Positions 7,842 through 19,501 of a stretch of DNA of 59,271 nucleotides are shown piece after piece. Every line of letters begins with the position of its first letter. Position 1 is the stretch's first letter. Position numbers and translations under genes: made by a program. The stretch is from NCBI GenBank assembly GCA_035943355.1, contig DASZCG010000345.1, forward strand, positions 1 through 59,271, read 5' to 3'. The stretch comes from Gemmatimonadales bacterium (GTDB taxonomy: Bacteria; Gemmatimonadota; Gemmatimonadetes; Gemmatimonadales; GWC2-71-9). The notes beneath the pieces are model-generated. The model was given only the letters and a program-made list of their open reading frames with translations, was not told where the DNA came from and did no database searches.

Positions 7842-9233
7842 ATGGTTGGTGCATCTCGGAAAGGACAACTGATGGCTCGGGAACAGATGAATACGCCTGT
7901 CATGACCGGGGGTGGACGAGAAATCGCCCCGGCGACAGGAAGACTCGGCGTCATGCTGGTCGGTCTCGGCGCGGTCTCGACGACGTTCATCGCGGGCGTC
8001 GAGAATGTGCGGCGCGGGCGCTCGCTGCCGATCGGGTCGCTCAGCCAGATGGCGACGATTCGCCTCGGCAAACGCACGGAAAAGCGCGCGCCCAGGATCA
8101 AAGAGTTCGTTCCCCTCGCGGATCTCAAGGACCTCGTGTTCACCGCATGGGATCCCATTCCCGACGACGCCTACACCGCCGCAGTCAAGGCCGGTGTGCT
8201 CGATCGGCACGAGCATCTCGACCCGATCAAGGCGTTCCTGCAGGACATCAAGCCGCTGCCCGCCGTTTTCGATCAGTACTACGTGAAGCGGCTGCAGGGC
8301 AGCAATGTCAAGCGCGGCAAGAACAAGCGCGAGCTGGCGGAGCTGCTGCGTGAGGACATCCGCGCCTTCAAGAAGAACGCAGGACTCGACCGGATCGTGA
8401 TCGTGTGGTGCGCGTCCACCGAAGTCTTCCTCACTCCGGGACCCGCGCATCAGTCGCTGCAGGCGTTTGAAAAAGCGATGGAGCAGAATGACCAGTCGAT
8501 TGCGCCGTCGATGGTGTACGCCTACGCGGCGTTGATGGAGAACGTCCCCTTTGCGAATGGCGCGCCGAATCTCACGGTCGACCTCCCCGTGATGGAGCAG
8601 CTGGCGGAAGAGCGTCACGTGCCGATCGGCGGCAAGGATTTCAAGACCGGTCAGACGATGATGAAAAGCGTCCTCGCGCCGGCGTTCAAGGCGCGGATGC
8701 TGGGGCTCTCCGGCTGGTACTCCACCAACATTCTGGGCAATCGCGACGGTGAAGTGCTCGACGATCCCGAGTCATTCAAGACGAAGGAAGAGTCGAAGCT
8801 TGGCTTGCTCGAGCACATCCTGCAGCCGGAGCTCTACCCGGAGCTGTACGGGAAGGTCTACCACAAGGTGCGGATTAACTACTACCCGCCGCGTGGGGAC
8901 AACAAAGAGGGCTGGGACAACATCGACATCTTCGGATGGCTCGGCTATCCGATGCAGATCAAGGTCGACTTCCTGTGCCGGGACTCGATCCTTGCGGCGC
9001 CGATCGTGCTGGACCTGGCGTTGTTCTTCGATCTGGCCGGCCGGGCCGGTCTGTCGGGCATCCAGGAATGGCTCTCCTTCTACTTTAAGAGCCCCCAATT
9101 CGCCCCCGGCCTGTACGCCGAGCACGATCTCTTCATTCAGCAGACGAAGCTGAAGAACACGTTGCGGTGGCTGATGGGTGAGGACCAGATCACCCACCTC
9201 GGCATCGAGTACTACGAGTACGCCGAAAAGTAG
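7842..9233 (+). CDS. ino1: myo-inositol-1-phosphate synthase
   Basis: 463-aa ORF. Contains GVMLVGLGAVSTTFIAGVE (Rossmann), NGAPNLTVD and GGKDFKTGQTMMKSVLAPAF...WYSTNILGNRDG. Alternative starts are ATG 7872 and 7887. Confidence 0.9.
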   Translation: MVGASRKGQLMAREQMNTPVMTGGGREIAPATGRLGVMLVGLGAVSTTFIAGVENVRRGRSLPIGSLSQMATIRLGKRTEKRAPRIKEFVPLADLKDLVFTAWDPIPDDAYTAAVKAGVLDRHEHLDPIKAFLQDIKPLPAVFDQYYVKRLQGSNVKRGKNKRELAELLREDIRAFKKNAGLDRIVIVWCASTEVFLTPGPAHQSLQAFEKAMEQNDQSIAPSMVYAYAALMENVPFANGAPNLTVDLPVMEQLAEERHVPIGGKDFKTGQTMMKSVLAPAFKARMLGLSGWYSTNILGNRDGEVLDDPESFKTKEESKLGLLEHILQPELYPELYGKVYHKVRINYYPPRGDNKEGWDNIDIFGWLGYPMQIKVDFLCRDSILAAPIVLDLALFFDLAGRAGLSGIQEWLSFYFKSPQFAPGLYAEHDLFIQQTKLKNTLRWLMGEDQITHLGIEYYEYAEK

Positions 9234-9293
9234 CGACAGCAGCAGGTGATCGAACCGGCCGTCGCGCATGGCTTTGCGACGGCCAACCACCCT

Positions 9294-9310
9294 ATTAGCT
9301 TGTCCCGGCC
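9294..9310 (+). promoter_or_regulatory. Degenerate third copy of the ATTAGCTT(S)TC..CGGC motif
   Basis: ATTAGCTTGTCCCGGCC; the TAGCTT-N9-ATG spacing is identical to copy 1. Confidence 0.3.
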
Positions 9311-9369
9311 ATGATCCTGGTCGCTCCCGCAGCCGACAGCTTCCGCACCACCCCAGGAGACGCTCGCGA

Positions 9370-9373
<4 letters not shown>
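9311..9373 (+). CDS. Possible 20-codon upstream ORF coupled to the PPase start
   Basis: ATG sits 9 nt after TAGCTT. It reads MILVAPAADSFRTTPGDARE, and its TGA overlaps the hppA ATG (gaATGA). No homology evidence. Confidence 0.2.
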
Positions 9374-11865
<2,492 letters not shown>

Positions 11866-11875
11866 CGAGGACACC

Positions 11876-12310
11876 GTGACGTCCGCCCAGCTCGCCGTCA
11901 CGGCGTTTGGCGCCGTCGCTATCGTCTGGGTGCTCTGGTACTTCCTCTTTTCGCGGGGCACGGCCGTCGCGGCGACGCCGGCGGCCGGAGGCGTGCAGGA
12001 AGTGCGCGTCACCGTGAAGGGCGGCTACACGCCGGACACGATCGTCGTGCAGGCGGGCAACCCGGTCCGGCTGCAGTTCTACCGGGACGAAACCGCCGAC
12101 TGCTCGGAGCGCGTGGTGTTTGAGGAGTTCGGCATCGACCAGCAGCTTCCCGCGTTTCAGACGACCACCGTCGAGTTCACCCCCGAGACACCGGGCGAGT
12201 ATCCGTTCCGCTGCGGCATGAACATGCTGAAGGGTCTGCTCGTCGTTGAGCCGGCCGGTGAGCGCCGGGCGGCATCGTCACCCCACAAATTCCACGGCGT
12301 CGCCGCATGA
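11876..12310 (+). CDS. Membrane-anchored cupredoxin-like domain protein (copA-associated family)
   Basis: GTG start with GAGGA SD. One TM helix ([19 protein letters not shown]), then [26 protein letters not shown]...[17 protein letters not shown]. Confidence 0.75.
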   Translation: MTSAQLAVTAFGAVAIVWVLWYFLFSRGTAVAATPAAGGVQEVRVTVKGGYTPDTIVVQAGNPVRLQFYRDETADCSERVVFEEFGIDQQLPAFQTTTVEFTPETPGEYPFRCGMNMLKGLLVVEPAGERRAASSPHKFHGVAA

Positions 12311-14898
12311 GCAAAACACGCATCGTCCTGCCGATCGAGGGGATGACGTGCGCGAGCTGCGCCGTCACGGTGCAGGAAGCGCTCACCGGCGCGGCGGGCG
12401 TGTCGTCCGCCGGCGTCAACTTCGCGACGAATAAAGCCGCCATCGAGTATGACGACGGCCAAACGAATGTCGCCCAGCTGATCAAGACCGTCCGCGAGGC
12501 CGGCTACAACTGCGGCAAGGCGAGTGTGACGTTCGGGATCATCGACCTGCACTACGCGCCGAGCGTGGCGCCACTGGAGCAGTCGCTGGCGCGCGTGCCC
12601 GGCGTCATCCGCGCCGTCGCGAATCAGGCGACGGAAACGGCGACCGTCGATTACGTCCCCGGCGTCGTGACGGCCGCCGATCTGGAGCAGGCGGTCACCG
12701 CGGCCGGCTGCGAGGTGGCGGAGCCCATTGCCGCCGAGGATCCGATCGAGCGCGAGCGCATCGCCCGCAGCCGCGAAATCCGCACGCTGTCCTGGAAGTT
12801 CGTCCTGGCCGCCGTCGTGACCGTCGTCGCCATGCTCGGCTCGATGCTGCTGATGGCCGATCGTCCCATGGGCGACAATGGGACGATGAAACAGGTGGAT
12901 TTGCTGGGCCGGCTGTTGATGCCGCTTGCGATCTGGCTGCGGGATTGGGTGAGCGGCCAGGGCTGGGTGCTCAACCTCGATTGGGTGAAGTGGGGACTGG
13001 CACTGGTCGCCCTGCCCGTGGTGGTCTGGTCCGGCCAACAGTTTTACAAGGGGACGTGGAGCGGCCTCCGTCACCGCAGCGCCGATATGAACACGCTGAT
13101 CGGCGTCGGCACGGGCGCCGCGTTCCTCTACTCCCTGGTGGCGACGGCGGCACCGGGATTGTTCTTGCGCGCCGGCCTTCCGGCTGATGTCTACTACGAG
13201 GCGGTCGCGGCGATCATTGCCCTGGTGCTCCTGGGGCGGCTGCTCGAAGCGCGCGCCAAGGGGCGGACGTCCGAGGCGATCCGCCGGCTTGCAGCGCTGC
13301 GGGCCAAGGCCGCGCACGTGGTGCGCGATGGTCACGAAAGCGACATCGCGGTCGAAGCGGTGGTGGTCGGCGATCTGGTGATCGTCAAGCCTGGCGAGAA
13401 GATCGCGGTGGACGGCGTCGTGACCGAAGGGGCGTCGGCGGTCAACGAGTCGATGCTGACCGGCGAGCCGATGCCGGTTGCCAAGAAGCCGGGCGACGAA
13501 GTCATCGGCGGCACGCTGAATACGACGGGGAGCATCACGTTCCGCACAACGCGCGTCGGCAAGGAGACGGCGTTGGGGCAGATCGTGCAGCTGGTCGAGG
13601 ATGCGCAGGCGACGAAGGCGCCGATCCAGAAACTGGCGGATCGCGTCGCGGGTGTGTTCGTACCGATCGTCATCGCCTTAGCGATCGCGTCGTTCGTCGC
13701 GTGGTTCGACTTCGGTCCGTCACCGGACGTGCGCGCCCTCGTGTACGCGACGGTAGCGTTCGTCACCGTCCTCATCATCGCCTGCCCCTGCGCGCTCGGG
13801 CTCGCCACGCCGACCGCGATTCTGGTCGGAACGGGGAAGGCGGCGGAGTACGGCATCCTGATCCGCAGCGGCGAGGCGCTGGAGCGGCTGGCCAACGCCA
13901 AGACGGTGCTGCTGGACAAGACCGGCACGATTACCGAGGGCAAGCCCACCGTCACGCACATCGTCACGGCCAAGAAGCCCGACGGGACGCCGATCAGCCC
14001 GTCGGACGTGCTCAAGTGGTCCGCGTCGGTGGAGCAGCGCTCGGAGCATCCCCTGGCGCACGCCATTCTCAAGGCGGCCCAGGACAAGCAAGTCTCGCTC
14101 CTGCCGGTCGAGAAATTTGCCGCGATGGAAGGTCGCGGGGTGCGGGGTACTGTCGACCGCCGCATCATCGAGGTCATCTCGCTGCGCCACGCGCGCGAAC
14201 GGAGCCTCGAACTGGGGTCGCTCGGCGCCGATGCCGATCGCCTCGCCGCCCAGGCGCGCTCACCGGTGATCGTGGTCGTCAACAACACCGTCTATGCGGT
14301 GATCGCGATCTCCGATCCGATCAAGCCGACGTCGAAGACCGCCGTCGCGCAGCTGACGCGTCTGGGCCTGCCGATCGTGATGGTATCGGGCGATTCTCGC
14401 AAAGGCGCGGAAGCCGTCGCTGCCGAAGTCGGGATCGAGGACGTGATCGCCGAGGTGCTGCCGTCGCAGAAGGCGGATCTCGTGAAGAAGCTGCAGCGCC
14501 AGGGCACGCATGTCGTGATGGTCGGCGACGGCATCAATGACGCACCGGCGCTGGCACAGGCCGACGTGGGCATCGCGATCGGGACCGGGACCGACATCGC
14601 GATGGAAGCGTCCGACGTGACGCTGATCCGCGGCGATCTGGCCGCCGTCTGTATCGCGATCGAGCTGGCGCGCCGGACGATGCGCACCATTCGCTGGAAC
14701 CTGATGTGGGCGTTCGGCTATAACGTGTTGTTGATTCCGATCGCCGCGGGCGCGCTCTATCCGATCACGGGATGGCTGCTGTCTCCGGTGCTGGCGAGCG
14801 CGGCCATGGCCTGGTCGAGTCTCTCGGTGGTGCTGAACAGTCTGACGCTGCGGCGCTTCAAGCCGCGCGGGACCACGCTCGTGGCGGAAGGAGCCTGA
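12307..14898 (+). CDS. copA: Copper-translocating P1B-type ATPase
   Basis: 863-aa [48 protein letters not shown] overlap with the upstream gene. Confidence 0.95.
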   Translation: MSKTRIVLPIEGMTCASCAVTVQEALTGAAGVSSAGVNFATNKAAIEYDDGQTNVAQLIKTVREAGYNCGKASVTFGIIDLHYAPSVAPLEQSLARVPGVIRAVANQATETATVDYVPGVVTAADLEQAVTAAGCEVAEPIAAEDPIERERIARSREIRTLSWKFVLAAVVTVVAMLGSMLLMADRPMGDNGTMKQVDLLGRLLMPLAIWLRDWVSGQGWVLNLDWVKWGLALVALPVVVWSGQQFYKGTWSGLRHRSADMNTLIGVGTGAAFLYSLVATAAPGLFLRAGLPADVYYEAVAAIIALVLLGRLLEARAKGRTSEAIRRLAALRAKAAHVVRDGHESDIAVEAVVVGDLVIVKPGEKIAVDGVVTEGASAVNESMLTGEPMPVAKKPGDEVIGGTLNTTGSITFRTTRVGKETALGQIVQLVEDAQATKAPIQKLADRVAGVFVPIVIALAIASFVAWFDFGPSPDVRALVYATVAFVTVLIIACPCALGLATPTAILVGTGKAAEYGILIRSGEALERLANAKTVLLDKTGTITEGKPTVTHIVTAKKPDGTPISPSDVLKWSASVEQRSEHPLAHAILKAAQDKQVSLLPVEKFAAMEGRGVRGTVDRRIIEVISLRHARERSLELGSLGADADRLAAQARSPVIVVVNNTVYAVIAISDPIKPTSKTAVAQLTRLGLPIVMVSGDSRKGAEAVAAEVGIEDVIAEVLPSQKADLVKKLQRQGTHVVMVGDGINDAPALAQADVGIAIGTGTDIAMEASDVTLIRGDLAAVCIAIELARRTMRTIRWNLMWAFGYNVLLIPIAAGALYPITGWLLSPVLASAAMAWSSLSVVLNSLTLRRFKPRGTTLVAEGA

Positions 14899-14900
14899 CG

Positions 14901-15191
14901 ATGCGGTACTTTCATCGCACCAGCGCGAGTCCCGAGCAGGTGCTCGACGTGGCCAAGAGTTTCTTTGGTGGGCGGCTCGCTCCGGCAGAAGAATCTCCCC
15001 GCCGCCGCGCGTATCAAGGTACCCTGGGACGCATCACGATCAGCGCGGGTCCCGAGGGCGGGCATTACACGTTCGTAGAAGTCGTGACGGATCAGGTGGG
15101 CGAGTCCGAGCTCGACAAACTGGCAAAGCGGTTTCTCGGCGAAGTGCATCGGTTGGTAGAGCCGACGCACGTGCCGCGCGGCGCTTACTAA
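14901..15191 (+). CDS. Hypothetical 96-aa protein downstream of copA
   Basis: ATG lies 2 nt after the copA stop. Intact ORF MRYFHRTSASPEQVLDVAKSFFGG...; no motif recognised. Confidence 0.5.
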   Translation: MRYFHRTSASPEQVLDVAKSFFGGRLAPAEESPRRRAYQGTLGRITISAGPEGGHYTFVEVVTDQVGESELDKLAKRFLGEVHRLVEPTHVPRGAY

Positions 15192-15406
15192 CCCGCGATC
15201 TTCGCGCCGTAGCCCGCACGCGCGATCGCCGCGACCAGCTGCTCGGTCGTTACACTATCGTCATCGAAGTCCACTTCCGCTTCGCCGTCAGGCAAATCGA
15301 CCACGGCGGAGTAGACGCCATTCACGCGCTTCAAAGCCTGCTCGACCTTGGTCTGGCAGTGGCCGCAGGTCATGCCGGTCACGCGAAGCTTCACATTGGC
15401 CATCAT
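15188..15406 (-). CDS. copZ: Heavy-metal-associated copper chaperone
   Basis: 72-aa ORF with the GMTCGHCQTKV HMA motif. Its stop interlocks with the stop of the 14901 ORF (CTAA). Confidence 0.9.
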   Translation of the reverse strand: MMANVKLRVTGMTCGHCQTKVEQALKRVNGVYSAVVDLPDGEAEVDFDDDSVTTEQLVAAIARAGYGAKIAG

Positions 15407-15447
15407 GTGCTCCTGATGTAGCTTTCACGCCCACTATAACTTACGAC

Positions 15448-16557
15448 ATGGACTCCCGCGCCGCGCGTGTGACGCCCGAGCCTTCTGCTCTGGCCCCCCC
15501 GGTTCCCGCCACCCGGCCGACGGCCGCGATTCCGGCGGGCGCGGGGGGGGGGCTCTCGCGCGAGCAGCTGCTCGAGATCTACTACTATCTCCGCCTCACG
15601 AGAACCTTGGAAGAACGCCTGGTCGCCTTGTACCGCCAAACCAAGGTGATCGGTGGGTTGTTTCGCTCGCTCGGGCAGGAAGGCGAATCGGTCGCATCCG
15701 CGTTCGCGCTGGAGCGCGGCCGCAATAAGGACATCCTCTCGCCCCTGATCCGCAACCTCGGATCCCTGCTCGTGATGGGCGCTCAGCCCCTCGAAATCCT
15801 GCGCCAGTACATGGCGAAGGCCGACGGCCCCACCCGCGGCCGCGAGCTGAACGTGCATTTCAACGATTTGGAAAAGGGCTACCTCGGTCAGATCTCGCAC
15901 CTCGGCGACATGATCCCCGTGATGGCCGGAATCGCGCTGACATTCAAGCTGCGGCGCGAGCCGCGCGTCGGGCTGGTGTACATCGGAGACGGGGGCACAT
16001 CCACCGGCACGTTCCACGAAGGGTTGAACTTCGCGGCGGTGCAACGGCTGCCGCTCGTCGTCATCGGCGAGTACAACCACTGGGCGTATTCGACTCCCCC
16101 TGAAAAGCAATTCGCCGTGAAAGACCTGGCGGAGAAAGCGAAGGGATACGGAGTCCCGGCCGTGACCGTGGACGGGAACGACGTGTTCGCCGTGTACGAG
16201 GCAACGAAGTTCGCGGTGGAGCGCGCGCGGCGGGGCAAAGGCGTCCACTTCATCGAGGTGAAGACCTACCGGCGCAAAGGACACGCCGAGCACGACGATC
16301 AGCACTACGTGCCCAAGGAGGATGTCCATCGCTGGGCCAGCGAGAACGATCCCATCGACCGCTACGTCCAGCGCCTGCTCGCCGCTGACCTCATCGCCGA
16401 CAAGGATCTCACAGACATCGACGATCGTGTCCGCGTCGAAGTCGATCAGGCGACGGACGCGTGCGTCGCTGAGCCGCTTCCAGCAGCCGAGACGGCGCTG
16501 CCGGGGGTCTACCTCGATCCGCCGGCTGCCGCCAAACTCTGGTTCAAGGCACTCTGA
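15448..16557 (+). CDS. 2-oxoacid (branched-chain/pyruvate type) dehydrogenase E1 alpha subunit, TPP-dependent
   Basis: 369-aa ORF. Contains YIGDGGTSTGTFHEGLNFAAV and YRRKGHAEHDD. Confidence 0.9.
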   Translation: MDSRAARVTPEPSALAPPVPATRPTAAIPAGAGGGLSREQLLEIYYYLRLTRTLEERLVALYRQTKVIGGLFRSLGQEGESVASAFALERGRNKDILSPLIRNLGSLLVMGAQPLEILRQYMAKADGPTRGRELNVHFNDLEKGYLGQISHLGDMIPVMAGIALTFKLRREPRVGLVYIGDGGTSTGTFHEGLNFAAVQRLPLVVIGEYNHWAYSTPPEKQFAVKDLAEKAKGYGVPAVTVDGNDVFAVYEATKFAVERARRGKGVHFIEVKTYRRKGHAEHDDQHYVPKEDVHRWASENDPIDRYVQRLLAADLIADKDLTDIDDRVRVEVDQATDACVAEPLPAAETALPGVYLDPPAAAKLWFKAL

Positions 16558-17570
16558 TGGCCGCCCCCCCGGCCCTCCCCCCGGCCCCCGCCCCCGAAGT
16601 CACGTTCCTCGAGGCGTTGCGCCAGGGCCTCTGGGAGGAGATGGAGCGTGACGAGCGCGTCTTCATTCTCGGAGAGGACGTCGGCCTGTACGGCGGGGCC
16701 TTCAAGGTGACCGAAGGATTCAGCAAGCGCTTCGGCGAGTCACGCGTCATCGACACGCCGATCTCCGAAGCTGCGATTGTCGGCGCGGCGGCCGGCGCCG
16801 CCCACATGGGCTTGCGACCGGTCGCCGAAATGCAGTTCATCGACTTTATCTCGTGCGCGTACGACATGTTGACCAATTACGTCGCGACCGCGCGCTATCG
16901 CGCCGGGCTCGCGACGCCGATGGTCGTGCGCGGCCCGTGCGGCGGCTACGTGCGCGGTGGTCCGTTCCATTCCCAGAACCCCGAAGCCGCCTTCCTGCAC
17001 ACGCCGGGACTGAAGATCGTGTATCCGGCGACCGCGCGCGATGCCAAGGGACTCATCAAAGCGTCGATTCGGGACGAAGATCCGGTGCTCTACCTCGAGC
17101 ACAAATGGCTGTACCGGCGTATCAAGGAGCAGCTGCCCGAGGGCGAGGAGATTCTCACGCCCATCGGGCAGGCGCGGCTGGCGCGCGAAGGCAAGGATCT
17201 GTCGATCATCAGCTACGGTGCGACGCTGTGGAAGTCGCTCGAGGCCGCCGAAAAGCTCGCGCAGGAAGACGAGGTATCGGTCGAGGTGCTCGACTTGCGC
17301 ACCCTGCTGCCGATGGATGACGCGGCGATCGTGAACACGGTGAAGAAGACGAACAAGGTGCTCATCGTCCACGAGGACACGCGCACCGGCGGGATCGCGG
17401 GCGAGATCGCGGCGCGCATCAACGAGCAGGCATTCGAATGGCTCGACGGCCCGATCATGCGGGTGACGGCGCACGATGTGCCGCTGCCGTATGCGCCGAC
17501 GCTCGAGGACTTCGTGCTGCCCCAGACAGACGATATCGTGAAAGCTGCGCGGTGGCTCGCGGCTTACTGA
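16557..17570 (+). CDS. 2-oxoacid dehydrogenase E1 beta subunit
   Basis: 337-aa ORF. Contains VFILGEDVGLYGGAFKVT, VIDTPISEAAIVG and PVLYLEHK. Shares 1 nt with the E1a stop (TGATG). Confidence 0.92.
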   Translation: MAAPPALPPAPAPEVTFLEALRQGLWEEMERDERVFILGEDVGLYGGAFKVTEGFSKRFGESRVIDTPISEAAIVGAAAGAAHMGLRPVAEMQFIDFISCAYDMLTNYVATARYRAGLATPMVVRGPCGGYVRGGPFHSQNPEAAFLHTPGLKIVYPATARDAKGLIKASIRDEDPVLYLEHKWLYRRIKEQLPEGEEILTPIGQARLAREGKDLSIISYGATLWKSLEAAEKLAQEDEVSVEVLDLRTLLPMDDAAIVNTVKKTNKVLIVHEDTRTGGIAGEIAARINEQAFEWLDGPIMRVTAHDVPLPYAPTLEDFVLPQTDDIVKAARWLAAY

Positions 17571-17580
17571 CGGAGATGCT

Positions 17581-18936
17581 ATGGCACGCGTAGACGTGTT
17601 GATGCCCCAGATGGGCGAATCCATCGCCGAGGGCACACTGAGCAAATGGCTGAAGAAGGTCGGCGATCCGGTGAAGCGGGACGAGCCGCTGTTCGAGATC
17701 TCGACCGACAAGGTGGACGCCGAGATTCCCGCGCCCGCCGCCGGCGTGCTCGCGGAAATAAAAGTGCAGGAAGGGCAGACGGTACCGGTGCAAACGCTCG
17801 TCGCCGTACTCGAGACCGACGCGAGCGCGGCGGCCTCCAAGCCCGCTGCGGCACCAGCGCCAGAGAAGCCCGAACAGCCAAAACAGGAGCCGCCGAAGGC
17901 CGCCACTCCACCGCCGACACCTAAGCCGGAGCCGCAGCCCGCCGGACCGTCAGCTCGTCCGCCGGTCGCCGTCAAGAGCGGCGACGGCGATGGCGGCGGT
18001 GTGCAGACCGCGGAGCAGCGTCTGCGCACGAAATCCACGCCGCTGGTTCGCAAGATCGCCGCCGAGCATCGCGTGGACATCTCTCGAATTCCGGGCAGCG
18101 GCTACGCCGGCCGCGTGACCAAGCAAGACATCCTTGGCTACCTCGAGCGCCCACCCGCGGCAGCGCCGTCCGGGCCGCGTTCCCCGCTCGCTGCTTCCGG
18201 AGCAATCGATCACCCGGCCGTCGAGCCCTGGCCGGGCGATCGTGTCGAGCCGTGGTCCAAGATTCGCAAGATCACGGCCGATCACATGGTGATGTCGAAG
18301 CGCGTATCGGCGCACGTCGCGAGCTTCTTCGAGGTCGACTTCACGCGCGTAGCGCAGCTGCGGAGCAAGGCCAAACAGGCCTACGCCGAGCGCGGCGTGA
18401 ACCTGACGTTCCTGGCGTTCATCGCCAAGGCCTGCGGCGAAAATCTGCGCACGCATCCGATCGTCAATGCCGCCGTCTCGGGCGACAGCACGATCTATCG
18501 GGCCGACGTCAACATCGGAATCGCGGTGGCGCTCGACTGGGGACTCATCGTCCCCGTCATCAAGCACGCGGACGAGCTGTCCCTCATGGGTCTGGCCCGT
18601 GCCATCAACGATCTGGGCGAGCGGGCGCGCACCAAGAAGCTCACGCCCGACGACATCCAGCGCGGCACGTTTACGATCACGAACCCCGGCGGATTCGGGC
18701 CCTTTGCGGGCATTCCCATCATTAATCAGCCGCAGGTCGCGATCCTCGGCGTGGGGGCGATCGAGAAGCGGCCGAAAGTCATCACGGCGTCCGACGGCAC
18801 CGAGTCGATCGCGATTCGGACGATGGGGATGCTGACGATGTCATACGATCATCGCGTCGTCGACGGCGCCGACGCCGACAAGTTCTTCGCCGACGTCAAG
18901 CAGCTGCTGCAGGAGTTTCCTGAGGGAGCGGTGTGA
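17581..18936 (+). CDS. Dihydrolipoamide acyltransferase E2 component
   Basis: 451-aa ORF. Lipoyl domain EISTDKVDAEIPAP, Ala/Pro linker, E3-binding segment PLVRKIAAEHRVDISRIPGSG, catalytic MSYDHRVVDGA. Confidence 0.92.
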   Translation: MARVDVLMPQMGESIAEGTLSKWLKKVGDPVKRDEPLFEISTDKVDAEIPAPAAGVLAEIKVQEGQTVPVQTLVAVLETDASAAASKPAAAPAPEKPEQPKQEPPKAATPPPTPKPEPQPAGPSARPPVAVKSGDGDGGGVQTAEQRLRTKSTPLVRKIAAEHRVDISRIPGSGYAGRVTKQDILGYLERPPAAAPSGPRSPLAASGAIDHPAVEPWPGDRVEPWSKIRKITADHMVMSKRVSAHVASFFEVDFTRVAQLRSKAKQAYAERGVNLTFLAFIAKACGENLRTHPIVNAAVSGDSTIYRADVNIGIAVALDWGLIVPVIKHADELSLMGLARAINDLGERARTKKLTPDDIQRGTFTITNPGGFGPFAGIPIINQPQVAILGVGAIEKRPKVITASDGTESIAIRTMGMLTMSYDHRVVDGADADKFFADVKQLLQEFPEGAV

Positions 18937-19250
18937 GCATGCCCAAAGTTTTGACCGCCGCGCGCGTGCGCGTGCCCGCCCAACACGAGACGGAATACGT
19001 GAACACGCTGCGCGAGCTGCGCCAGTTCGCTGAAGCCCGCGGCCAGAAGATCTGGCTGTTTCGCAACGCCAAGGACCCGCGGCTCTTCATCGAGTTCTCG
19101 GAGAGTCCCACGGAGATGTCGCATCGCGCCCAGGCCTCCCGGCTCCCCGAAGAGATCACGCTGGAGCGGCGGCTGCAGTCGATCGCGACCTACGCGCCCG
19201 ACGCGTGGGAGCTCTGGAGCGAGGTGAGCGTATGGCCCGTCGCACCATAA
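18933..19250 (+). CDS. Hypothetical small protein
   Basis: GTG overlaps the E2 stop (GTGA) and GAGGGA lies upstream. Alternative start ATG 18939. No motif recognised. Confidence 0.5.
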   Translation: MSMPKVLTAARVRVPAQHETEYVNTLRELRQFAEARGQKIWLFRNAKDPRLFIEFSESPTEMSHRAQASRLPEEITLERRLQSIATYAPDAWELWSEVSVWPVAP

Positions 19251-19501
19251 CCGTCGACGGGGAGCGCTGGGAGGTATATCCCTCCGGCCGCGTCACCGTG
19301 TACGGCGCCGATCAGCTCGGCCTCATCTTCGAGAGCGGGACCGGCGCGCAACGCCGCCGCCGCGTGACACATTTCTCGCCGCTCGGCGCGCGCTCCCAGA
19401 CGCGCGCCTTCCTCGAGTTGTCGGACCGGGATCTGCTCGAGCTCTTTCGCCAGTCGCAGCCCGCCTGGACGGCTCCCGAGGTTTCGTACGCCGCACATTG
19501 A
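19232..19501 (+). CDS. Hypothetical small protein
   Basis: ATG 19232 follows a GAGG SD (the ORF track begins at GTG 19205). Reads MARRTITVDGERWEVYPSGR.... No motif recognised. Confidence 0.45.
   Translation: MARRTITVDGERWEVYPSGRVTVYGADQLGLIFESGTGAQRRRRVTHFSPLGARSQTRAFLELSDRDLLELFRQSQPAWTAPEVSYAAH

Noticed and set aside
9268-9369. 34-codon N-terminal extension of the PPase (ORF-track start 9268)
   Set aside because: The Arg/Pro-rich sequence MALRRPTTLLACPGHDPGRSRSRQLPHHPRRRSR precedes the first TM helix and spans the motif-bearing intergenic region. ATG 9370 fits homologue N-termini better.
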